Of a stretch of 64,000 nt of DNA, positions 22,363-33,747 are shown one piece after another. The stretch is from NCBI GenBank assembly GCA_025594325.1, contig JANHCV010000009.1, forward strand, positions 1,116,001 through 1,180,000. The letters are read 5' to 3'. The position numbers and the translations under genes were made by a program. The notes below the pieces were generated by a model, which saw nothing but the letters and a program-made list of their open reading frames with translations, was not told the origin of the DNA and did not search any database. Source of the DNA: Blastocladiella emersonii ATCC 22665. Lineage: Eukaryota; Fungi; Blastocladiomycota. How positions within the stretch are numbered: position 1 is the first letter of the stretch; every line of letters begins with the position of its first letter.

Positions 22363-25300
22363 TCAGTTTGAGGTCGAGTTAGCTCTCAAGCCGCCGACCC
22401 CTTTCACCTGCCCAATCACAACATCGGCAAGGTCCGTGGTCAAGAAAACAGGCGCGTCCGGGTGGCACAACCAGACCGACTCGCGGTCCAGCCTGCCGCT
22501 CGTCCACTGCTCGAGCCACTGGGCGAACGTCGGCGGCGCGATGCGGCCGCGAGCCGCCATGCGATACTCGTAGCGGAGGTCCGGGTGAGCGCCGAAGATC
22601 AGCGCGAGCGAGATGACGAACGAGACCGCCGCCGCGTTGACCACGGACCGCACGCGCGCCGGGTCAGGGTGCTGGTCCGCGAGCGCGAGCATGTCCGGCA
22701 CCATGGCCTTGACCTGCAGCAGGTCCGACGGCGTGAACCACAGGCGCTGGGACTGGGTGAAAGATTCAATCGGCTTGGACAGGATGGCCTTTTCCACGAC
22801 ACCCTGCATGTCAGCAAATTCGACTACAATGATGGCGCCGAACGGCACGTTGAGCGTGCGCCACGAAAGTCGTGGGCTAAGCCGGCGCGGCGGCAAGTTC
22901 CCGGGCCGCTCCTCGTAGAAGTTCGAAGGGTGTTTGAAGAGAGCCGCAGAAAGCGAGTCGGCCGTGAACAAGATTTGCGTAAGCTGCGAAACGGGTGTTG
23001 ACCTACGAACCCAGTACGAGCGGACAAAGCGCAGACCAACCGGAGCGGCATAGAATTTCACAAAGACAAGCAGCCGGTCGTCCTGTTTCATAAGTTCTTG
23101 CCGCGCCGGCGCGGTTCCAGTGCTCGCGTCAGAGGCGGCGCGCGGCTTGCCGGGTTTGGCGAACAAGGTGCAGATGACTCGCAAGATCGCGGGCGATGTA
23201 TCGCTCGAAGGCGCGACACTGCTCGGCGCAGCAATGCTCACGGACGCGGGCTTCTTCTTTACCTTTCGCTTCGCTGGCGATGCCGGCTTAGCGCTGATCG
23301 GGGCTGCGGCTGCAACCACGAGCTGCGCGGGCGTCACGTTCGGATCGAGAATCAGCCCATCTTTCACGGAACGCGCCTCAACGCCCGCGACTCCGCTCGA
23401 GAGCAGCAAGTACAGCGGATCGCGCGCGAAGAGGAGCCCAAAATGCGTCGCCTCGATAGCGTCCTGAGCAGCGCGCCAAGTCGTATCTGCTGCAAAGGTG
23501 ATACTGACGTGCCCGGGGAACTTGGCGGAATCAAAGTCCCACAATCCGAGTCCACTGTAGATCCAGTCGATGGCCGCGTCCGAAACGATGTCAACGCGGA
23601 CGGTGGGCACGCCGGGGGTGATGACTGGCATCACGGACGCTGCGGATGAAAACGAGAGCGGTCCCGCAGTAGTGCCGCAAGGGGCTGGGAGCAGGTGGAA
23701 AGACGGGAGACCGTGCTCGTCAAGATCGCGGACCAGATCGTGATGAAGTTACATGGATGAGAGTACTGAAGCAGGCACAACGGGAAGCGGCGGCGGCGGG
23801 TTTACGGGAAGCTTGTTGTGTAAGCCCGATTTGGTGCTAGTAAAGCCCGCGATCGGCTGAATGTGAAAAGTCACCGTCTGGTCCAAGTCACCACCCGTGT
23901 ACGTAACGGTGGTGGTATAAGCCATGGATATGGCCGCTGCTGAGCTGGCCGAAACCATACAGAAAGCCGCGAGCTCGCAGTACGTTGCCAAGTCAGTCTT
24001 GGACAATTGAGCTCCGGGCGGTGCAGGGCGGGCATCACGAAAGGCCTCTGCAAGGGTTTTGATTGCATAGAGGTGGTTGGCATCGAAATCAATCGGGACG
24101 ATCACGGTGCGATGCTCAGGTTGAGTCGGTCCCGAGGTAAAAGTCGCGACAGAAGCGTCCGTGGCTACATCAGCTGGTGCAGATACGTCAGCTGCAATTG
24201 TCGCGTCGGTAGGCGGCAGCACGTCGGATCCGCTTGCACCAGTTACCGACGAGTCGACGATGACATCCGCGGCCAAGTCCTTCAAACCGCGGTCGTTTCC
24301 ATTGTCGATGCTCGGCACAGGTTTGACCAAACACGAAGCAGCTGAAGCGGCCGACGAGCCCAAGGCCAAGGGAACAGCTGAAGCAGCAGTGCCATCATCC
24401 GAGGGAAGACTTTGCGCCGGCGAAGCGGCGCGAGATGTCGGCCTAGGCGAGAGGTCCGAGAACACAACACAAATCGGCGTGGCCGAGCGCGGCGTTGGAC
24501 TGGGCGAGCGGGAGGAACTGAAGCGCACGTGTGTGTCAGTCAGCAGAGCGCAGAAAATTGGCCGATACGGGGGTAGATTCAACGTACAGGTTCGGCGGCG
24601 AGCGGGCAGTGGAGTGCTGGGTGGCTTTCAACTCGGGCGCATGGTCGACGGACACCATCGACCCTGACGGGACGGGCTCGATTGGTACAGGCTCAGGCTC
24701 GCACACGTCGGCACTGTCGGTCGTAGAAATTTTGTTTCCGTTGGTGTCGCGCTCAGAAGCTTTCGTAAACGAAGAGCCGGCCGCTGAAGCAAGCGAGGGA
24801 TCATGGTCCGAGCCGGACGAATGCGAAAGCGTGTCGTACAGCGCGACTTTGTTCAGAGCCGAGCTGCCAAGCGGCGCCGCGGATGGCGAGGAGAACCCAT
24901 GCGTCCCGAACGCCGGCGGTTGCTGCTGCTGCTGAAACGGCGACCACATCGAGTACCCGTGAGCGGCGTGCTGGTCAAAGCCCGGCGGACCCACCGCTAC
25001 ATTCGTGCTTGACGGATCGGGTTGCGCATACTGGCGCAGTGCAAGCACGGCGGGCCGCATGCCCAAGTACCACATGTCGCCGGTAGCGCCCGCTGCATCA
25101 AAAAGCTCCTGCGCGCGAAGTCGCAGAGTCCGCGCAAGCCCAGTTTCAACATGGCACAGCGCTGCGAGATGCCAGAGCCGGCTCGGCAGACCAAGCACGG
25201 CAAGGTCCATCTCCACGACGCGCAGCCACGCGGCAGGATCCGGGTCGCCGAACGGAGTAAGTGTCGGGACAACGGGGCGTTGCTGAGCGAAGAAAATCAG

Positions 25301-25465
25301 TTCAAAATCTGAAGCAGAAGTTCGATAAGCATCGGGAGCAAGGCCAGCAGGCTGAGCGTAAGCTTGAGAGTGGTACGGCGCGGTTCCGTAAAGACCGGAC
25401 CACCCGGGCGCCAGGCCCGGCGGATATTGGTGTATGTGTTGCGCAAAGTCCCCGTTCAATTCCAT
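22363..25465 (-). pseudogene. Modular family copy 2; intron 24587-24518, in-frame TAA at 23751-23749
   Basis: MELNGDFAQH, FAQQRPVVPTLTPFGDPDPAAWLRVVE; SSM*LHHDLVRDLDEHG; LLVFVKFYAAPVGLRF, FYEERPGNLPPRRLSPRLSWRT. Confidence 0.8.
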
Positions 25466-27802
25466 CAGTTTTACATGAAGCAGTAGCGGTGGTGGAAGAG
25501 AGAGCGTATGCGGGGCTTTGCCCAAGCCATAGGCGCTGCGACCTTGAAGCTCTCGTTTCGTCACGTTCCAGTCACACTCTTCACAATGACATCACTCCCC
25601 GAGTCGCGCTGCGCCACTTCGCTTCAGCTCTCGCTTCCGCGCTGCTCCCCTCCCATATGCTCCCCTTAATCGATGAAGCTGAATTACTCTATGCAATGGA
25701 TCTCATAAATCATAAACTCGACGGCAGGCTAATCCCGTCTCTCTTGCAGCGTTTTGGGTGGAGCCCGCGCAGCAAAGTGCTGTGCTGTGCTTCGTTCGAC
25801 CGTTGGCTTGAGTGTTCCATTGACATCGCTTTCGCACTGTCCTCTTCAATCTGCACGAGTGCTGCTTAAGCGAGCTCGTGAGCGGAGAAGCATGCCGCGG
25901 GATGCTTTCACGTTGCCTGGGCTTGCAGTGCCTTGTCTCCTGAGGTGACCCAAGCTCGAAATTCTTGCTCATTGTGTCCTTATCCTTCCCCTGCTGTTGA
26001 TGGACTCGCTCTTCCTGCGCCGCCGCCGCCGCCGCTATTACTACACTGCCGTTGTGCCCGCCAGGCCTAGCGTCGCGTCGCGTCCTGGTTACTTGCCGCG
26101 GGACTTTGCGCTGAGCGACGCGGAGCGACGAAGCCGCGTGAACCCTCGCGACGAGTAGCTACTCGATATATCCTTCTCGGCGGTATGAGGTGCGAGCTAT
26201 GTTCTGAGCAGAGCGCGCGGCTGACTTCGTTCCAGCGCAAGCATGCGCGGCTCCATCGGCTGTGCTGCTCACCGCTTTTGTTCATGATCGCTGCAACCTA
26301 GCCGGTGGCGGAACGCGCTATTGATTCGCTAGAACACCTTGTCGGCGAACTCTATTTGATGCGCGCTGCGAATCATCAGGACGTTCGACATTGCTATGCT
26401 TCCCATGCAACTTGTGCACGTCGACCACTGCGCAGCTGAAGGCGAGCGAAAGTCGCGGCCGCTGATGCCAGCTTCTCACCGACAGGCGTGCGTCAGCACG
26501 AGCTTGACAGTCCTCCCGTTCTCGAGGTTTCGCGTGACAGTGAGTATTGCTGCATGAGCAACTTTCGCCGGTTGGACAAGTCTGAGACGAAATGTAACGC
26601 TCACGCGTGCATCGTGATGCACACGATGTTGATTCGCGCTGACGCGTCCCACGTCGCAACGAACGTCATCCCGTGGTCTGCCCTATCGCGCGTCGACCTT
26701 GCGCAACCGTTCCACAGTAGGCCCGCTTCATCTGAGCGCTCTTGGTCCGTTTCTGAGAAACCAAGCTTGCTCGAGGTCTAAAACTAGATTGTGGCATGCG
26801 ATGCACACGGTCACATTGTCGGCTGGTCTCTTTTATAGATGAAAGCTCGTCGCGTTGCGGAAGACCACGGGGAAGTTGAGTCGCTGGAAGCGCGCGCTTA
26901 GTGAAGGAAGTCTTTCTCGCACATTTTTGCGGTCGTCAGCTGCTCCCTCCACGGCGCGCTCGATATGCACTTCTCGCTGTCCGTGGTCGAGCGGCAGCCC
27001 GTCGCGCTCACGCACGTCGCACGTTTGAGCTCAACGGCCTTGAACGCATGATGGTCAAGCGCTGCAAGCGTAAGGACTATTCTGGGACGCGTTTGAAAGC
27101 ACTCGCCGCCCATGGCCAACCAGCATGCCGCGCACAAGTGCTCCATCAAAAACACCATCACTGAAGCGTGGACGGCCGCGTTTGTGCGCGCGTGAGCGCA
27201 GCTAGCTGTACGACGAGCTGCTACAGAAGGTGGAAAAGCAATTTGTTTGACAGCCTTCAGTTTGCTCCGTCCCGTCCGTAGTCAACTTAATCCAGCTCAA
27301 CAGCAGGAAGGCGAGCAAAAGCGAGAGAAGTAGGCGTGTCGGGACAGCTCCAACGCGCGGTACTGACGCGTCGCGACCCTTTCTCTCGTGTCCCTCCATG
27401 TAACGCGGATCCGAAGCACGGTCTCAGTCAGCGCTGCTGCACCTGAAGCGAGTTCCGTGTGTTCCACATCATAAATCTTGCAGTTCCTTGCATCACGCGT
27501 CAATCGCGCGTCTGTAGTGCCAGGTGATCGCGGGCGAGAGGGCAGTTGGGCAAAGCCCCGCACAGTTGACACCCGAACGGAGTCAGTGGTGGAGGTACTG
27601 GCAATGATCGCAGGCGACCGGCCTTCTTCGCCATTTATTCATCACGTGGACCTCGCGCGCGTGAACTTCGCGTCTGTTGCATGTATCCCTCCCCTCCGCT
27701 CGCATGTTCAAAACTCGGTCTTCACTCGCATCAGGACGAAGCGATCGGAACAACGATGACAAAACTGCTATTTTGAGTATTCAAACAAAAACAAAACAAA
27801 AC

Positions 27803-30800
27803 TCACTGCTCGCCGTGCTCATGAGCCTCGGCCTCGGCGAGCGTCACCGCGCCGTCCACCACGCCGTGCACCATGGCCGTGCGGCCGTCGGGCGGGAAGC
27901 AGGGCGCGTCCGGGTCCGCGAGCCAGCAGAACTCGGGCTGCCAGGTCCCGTCCGCGACCCGCTCGAGCCACTCGAGGAACGTCGCCGGCGCGAGCCGCCC
28001 GCGCGCGACCATGCGGTAATAGTGGCGCAGGTCGTGCTCCATGTTGGGCATGAGCGCTTGCGAGGCCAGGTACGCGGACACGGCTGCTTCGATGGTGGCC
28101 CGCACGCGTCCCGGGTTGGCGCAGTGCGCGGCGAGCTCGGTCATGTGCGGAAGCAGGCTCGAGATCTGCATCACAACGGACGGCGTGAAGGTGTCGCCAT
28201 CGTAGCTGGCGGCCAAGGTTGTCGGCAAGGCGACTCCGAGGTCGAGATCGAGATTCACACTGCGCATGCCGGTGAATTCGGCGACAATGATGGCGCCAAA
28301 GGGAACGTTGTGGGTACGCCACGCGAACCGCGGGCTGAGCCGGCGCGGCGGCAAGTTGCCCGGCCGCTCCTCGTAGAAACCGGTTGGTTCGCCGAACATG
28401 AGACAAAGTTGCGAGCCGGGATAAAAGTAGTTGCGGAGAAGCTCACCCACAGGCTGCGTTGGCGTGACCCACAGTGCACTGAAGAAACGCAGCCCAATCG
28501 GCGCGATGTAAAGCTTGACAAAGAGAAGCAGCTGATCGACCGTGTAGAGCTTCACGATATTGCGCGGAACGGGCACGCCTTGAATTGCATCCACGTTTCC
28601 CGGAAATTGAGCGAGAATCGGGGTGCACAGGACTCGGAGCACCGCGGCAGCAGGAGGGTCGGCGCCGCCATGAAGCGGAGGAACGCTCGTGGTCACAGAC
28701 GTCGCTGCTGCAGGTCTCCGTTTCTTGCCCTTCCGTTTGGCAAGCGAAAGCTGCTTCTCGCTGCTACCGCTTTTGTTGCCAGCGTCAACAAGCTGCGCGA
28801 GGGTAAGCTTGGGATCCAAAAGCAACCCATCGACGGACACGCGCGCGTCCGTTGCCGTGACGCTACCAGGCATGCGCCAGTACAACGGAATACGCGAGAC
28901 GACATCGCGGGCAAGCACCGAAGACTCGAGGACCGACTTGGCCGCGCCCCACGTCGTGTCGGCGGGAAACACGACAAAGTAATGTCCGGGAAGCTTGTTC
29001 GAGGCAAAGTCCCACACGCCGAGCCCTGCATAGTACGCATCGATGTGACTAGACGTCACAAGGTTGATGCGGACCGTCGGCACGCCTGGTAGAACGCTGG
29101 GCATGACCCGGACTGCCGGGTTGTAGTGCGTCACGCCCGTGGTCGTGCCGCACGGCGCAGGAATCAGGTGAAGTGACGGGAGACCGTGCTCGTCAAGATC
29201 GCGCACGAGATCGTGATGCGGACCAGGGGAGGTGACCGTGCGCGCAAGCTCCACTGCGGCCGCGGGCATTGGTTCGTCCGCAGGGACCTTGCACCGACCG
29301 CCGTCCGTGAAGCTTTCAAAGCCGCTGCACGGCTGAATAAAGTAAGCGGCCACGTATTGGGACTTGCCGCGCGGCGGAATCGTGGTAACGTAAGCTTTGT
29401 TGTTGGCGGCGGCCTGCTCGGCCGCGTGGTAGCAGCGAGTGACAAGGTGAGCGATGCGGTTGAGCTCGTGCTGCGGCACTGTGGAACCATCCGGGTCGTC
29501 ACGGGACCGCAGCACGGCTTCCATGATGGCCGTCATCCCGAAGATGGGCTTGGCGCTGAAATCGACGGTGACCATGGAAGTCAGGTACCCAGTTTCGGCC
29601 TGCTTCTCGATGGTCGTATCCCAGCGCGGAATAGCCAAGCTCTTGTCCGCGTCCGCACCAATGAGAGTGGTCCGTTCGGACCACGGAAGCGATGCCGTCT
29701 CGCTCGACGCGAGAAGCAAGACAGCCGGGCGGGGCGAGGGTGTCGGATCAGCCCGCTTGCCGTCAACAGCCCCAGACGCGTTTCCAGTGGGCTCAGAAGC
29801 TGCGCCGGCCGCATCAAGTTCGAGCGAAGCAGGTGCATCAGAATCGCGCTCGGGCTCGACGTCGTCTACAACTGAACCTGTTAGCTGTGCTCACCACGCA
29901 CCAAGCAAACAAACCGTACCAGCAGCGAAAGCAAAACCGGAGCCATCATCCTCCACGTCGAAAGTATCGGAAATTGGAATGTCAGAGCTGGCGTCGCTAT
30001 CACCGTCCTCGTCGCCAGCAAGGGAGCCGCGACGCGAGGTTGAGGAGCTCGAAGGCGAAGGCGAAGCGGAGGAGGCATGGTCAGCGGAGGAAGCGGCGTC
30101 GTTGTCAGAGCAAGCAGCGCCGTCGCCACGCAAAGAAGTAAGATCGTCGTCGTCCGAAAGCCCAGATCGCGCTGGCGAAACTGCACGCGACAGCGGGCAT
30201 AGCGAACGTTCCAAGCGAGCCGAGGAAACCGGCGACACCGAGCGGGGCGGAGGGCTGGACCAGCGCGGCAACGGGCTCGGCGAGCGGGATGGCGCGGGTG
30301 CGACGGTGGCGACGGACTTGACCTCCGCGCTTGACAACTGGCGAGCGGAAGCAAGCTCGTCGTCGTCCGACTCGGACGCAGAATCCTCCGAAAGCAGCGA
30401 GTCTGACGAGATCGGGTCGATCGGCAGCGACGTGGACTCGCTCTCGTCGCTGCTGGCGAGCATGGAGGCGTGGTCAATTTCAAGAGCGCGCTCTGCGGCC
30501 GGGGTAAACGAAGTCTCGGGTGCTGGATCAACCGAAGGCGCGAGGTTCGGAGCGGAAGGATGAGGAAGCGAGTTGAGAGGCGTAGTTGAATGCGGGACTG
30601 CACTGTTAAATTGTGCCGAGGGGGCCGGAGGGAAGCTCCGAGCCTCGATTGGCGCCACCGTCGTCGCTAATTGCTGAGGTTGTTGATGCTGCGGCCACAT
30701 CGAGAACCCGTTTGATGCGTACTGATCAAACACGGCCGTGTCCGCCACAGCAGGCGTACCAGTTTGATGGTGCGGTGGTGCGTAACGGCAAAGATCAAGA

Positions 30801-31282
30801 GCGGCGGGACGGACACCGTGACCCCAAAGATCGTTAGTAGCACTAGCAGAATCGAAGAGTTCCTGCGCACGGAGCCGTAGAGTCCGCGCAAGGTCGGCGT
30901 CAGCGTAGCAGAGTGCTGCGAGGTGCCACAAACGGCGTGGCAAGCCGATAGCGGCAAGATCCGTCTCCATGACGCGCAACCAAGTAGCAGGGTGCGGATC
31001 GCCGAGCGCTGTCAAGGACGGGGCAACGAGGCGTTGCTGCGCGAACAACAGCAGGTCGAGGTCCGACGATCCGCCAGCAGAAGCAGTAGCAGAAGCGTAA
31101 GGACCGTCGGCAAGAGGTGCGGCCGGAATATCATAAGCGTGTGGATAAGGCTGGGTCGGTGGAGGCGGCGGAGGCGCAGCCCCGAAAAAGCCGGACCACC
31201 CGGACGTCGGGCCAGGCGGGCCCGGCGGGTATCCGTTTTGGTACATGGGCGCGTATTGCGCCGAGTTCCAGTGGGTCTCCAT
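27803..31282 (-). CDS. Modular family copy 3, apparently intact (~1145 aa); 42-nt intron 29919-29878
   Basis: The intron GTACGG..GCTAACAG joins AAG|SVVDDVEP in frame with ORF 27803-29719, and all family motifs are present. Confidence 0.85.
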
Positions 31283-31567
31283 TTGTTTTACATGTGAAGG
31301 GAGCGGTCAGAGGGAGGAGGAGCCGGTCGCCGTCCGCGGGCCGAAAACTAAAGTTGGGGCTGAGCGTCACGTGGCCCATGTGCAGCTGAACGACGCGAGG
31401 TGACGGCTCTGTCGCCTGTTTTGCTTCCCTTTCAAGATTGCTACGCCATCCTCAAAGACTTATTTAGACAGGAAAAATGACCATTGGAGGCCCTAGGGAC
31501 GAGCGCGAAGCGACGATTATGACAAAATATTGTTGTTGCATTCAATAACTCGCTGAATCGACCTCTT

Positions 31568-33700
31568 CTACATCTCATCGTTCTCAAACGCTTCGGGATC
31601 CGTTGGTGGCGTTACGCTGCAGTTATCATCCGGGTCCTCGTCAGGTTTGAAGAACGGCGCGTCCGGGTCCGCCAGCCAAGCAAACTCGCGCGACCCGCCG
31701 CGCGCCGCGTCGGCGAACCACTCAAGATACGATTTCGGCGCGATGCGTCCGCGGGCGACCATGCGGTACTCGTGGCGCAGGTCGTGTGCGATACCAGGAA
31801 ATAGCGCGAGCAACGCCATGTACGCGGCCTCGGCCGTGTCAATGACGGAGCGCACAAGAGCCGGGTTTGCACACTCCGCCGCGAGCTCGGTCATGTCCGG
31901 ATACAAGCTCCGGATCTACATGCCCACAACCGATGGATGGTTGACTGAACGGTCGTCCTCAAAGACCTTGAGAACCAGGGGGTCCCGAAAAACTGTGTGG
32001 ATTTGGGTCAAGGGCGCGAACTCAACGACAAGGATAGCGCCAAACGGAACGTTGAGGGATTGCCACGAGAGGCGTGGGCTTAGCCGCCGCGGCGGGAGGT
32101 TGCCAGGCCGCTCCTCGTAGAATCCCGTGGGCTGGCCAAGCACGTGTTCATTAAGCGAGCCAGGAGGCATAATGAAGTCAAGAACATGTGCGACAGGTGT
32201 CGTTGGCGGGACCCAGCATGGGTTAAGGAAGCGCAGCCCAATTGGTGCAACGTAAACCTTCATGAAGAGAAGTATCCCGTCGACCGTGTACTGCCGGACG
32301 ATTTCCCGCGGGACGGGAGCAGATACGCCCTTGATGGGGGCCGTGCCGGCTGGGTTAGGTGCGTGGAGGAGCGGGACTAAGGCGATCCGAAGCACCGCTG
32401 GCGCAGCAGGGTCAGCATTGTTGGGACCAGCATCCGTGACTTGGCTTGCCGCTGTGAGCGGCAGCGAAAGCGATTTCTTCTTCCCTTTCTTGGCCGATAA
32501 CACTTTCTTCGTGCTACTGCCGCCGCCGCGGGCATTTCTCGCAGCGACAAGCTGGGGTTTGGGTCCGATATCAGTCCGTCAATAGTAACGCGCGCGTCGA
32601 TGCCTGCAACGCTGCCCGAGAGCCCCCAGTAAAGCGGGTTCCACAGCAAAACATCGCGAAGAAGCACTGTCGACTCAATGACACGCTTCGCAGCGCCCCA
32701 CGTCGTGTCGGCGGGAAATGCGACGCTGAAGTGGCCAGGAAGCTCGGCAGAGTCAAAGTCCCAGAGGCCGAGCCCCGCGTAGACCGCCTGGATCGCCATG
32801 ATCCACACAAGGTTGACGCGGACGGTCGGCACGCCGGGAAGAACGCCGGGCATGATGGTGACTGACGGGTTGAAGTAGGCCAGGCCGGCAGTCGTGCCGC
32901 ATGGCGCGGGAAGCAGGTGAAACCACGGGAGTCCATGTTTGTCGAGATCGCGGACAAGATCGTGGTGAGGGCCCGCGGGAGTGACCTCGTCCGAATCACC
33001 GTCAGCATGGCATCTTTGAAAGGCGCCAGATCGTCGAGATCGGCCAAAGCAAGGGTCGCGGTGTCAAAGACAGGTAAGGTTCCCAAGTCGCTGGCATCAG
33101 CAACCGCAGCAACGGTATGAGAAAGCTCCGGACCGGGATCACTCGCTCCAACAATGGCGGAAGCAGTCGCGTCGTGACCAGGTGAACCGAGCTCGTTGTG
33201 CGCAAGGTCCGCGTCGCCCACCTCGGAATCGGCCAAAGCGGACGCGTTCACTTTGAAGTCCGACTCAGCATCGCCTACGCTCAACAGAGTTTAGTGATAC
33301 AGATGGTTAAACGTTGTAACGCAGGCGTACCAATGGTAGAAGCGGCAGTCGGGTCATTGTTGTCAACAACATTGAGCGGGGCAGGAACGTGCACGTCCGC
33401 GTCATCGTGGTTGGCAACCAACAGGGAAGTCGGACACGAGCCAGCCGAGCTTGAAGTAGACGGAAAAGCGACACCATCGCGAGAAGGGTCCGAAACGTCA
33501 TCCCGAGCGAGAATTCTTGCGGGCGAGGCTGGGCGTGAGAGTTGCATCGGCGACCGAGTCAAGGACACTGGCGAAACTGAGCGCGAGGACTGAGTCAAGG
33601 AGACTGGCGAAATTGAGCACGAGGACGGGCTGGACGATCGGGTCGAAGAGACTGACGAAACTGAGCGCGGCCTTGCTCACGATCGGACCAGCGATGATCA
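31568..33700 (-). pseudogene. Modular family copy 4, 5'-truncated, with frameshifts near 33010, 32550 and 31910
   Basis: Family motifs are spread over ORFs 33281-33598, 32571-33284, 32377-32853, 31916-32503 and 31568-31906; no N-domain. Confidence 0.8.
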
Positions 33701-33747
33701 GCGGCGTGGAACCATGAACTTAGAGCTTTCATACAAGACACGCATCA

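Noticed and set aside
25560-27780. Short ORFs in the spacer between copies 2 and 3
   Set aside because: No recognisable motifs and frequent stops. It may be decayed sequence, but I cannot assign it.
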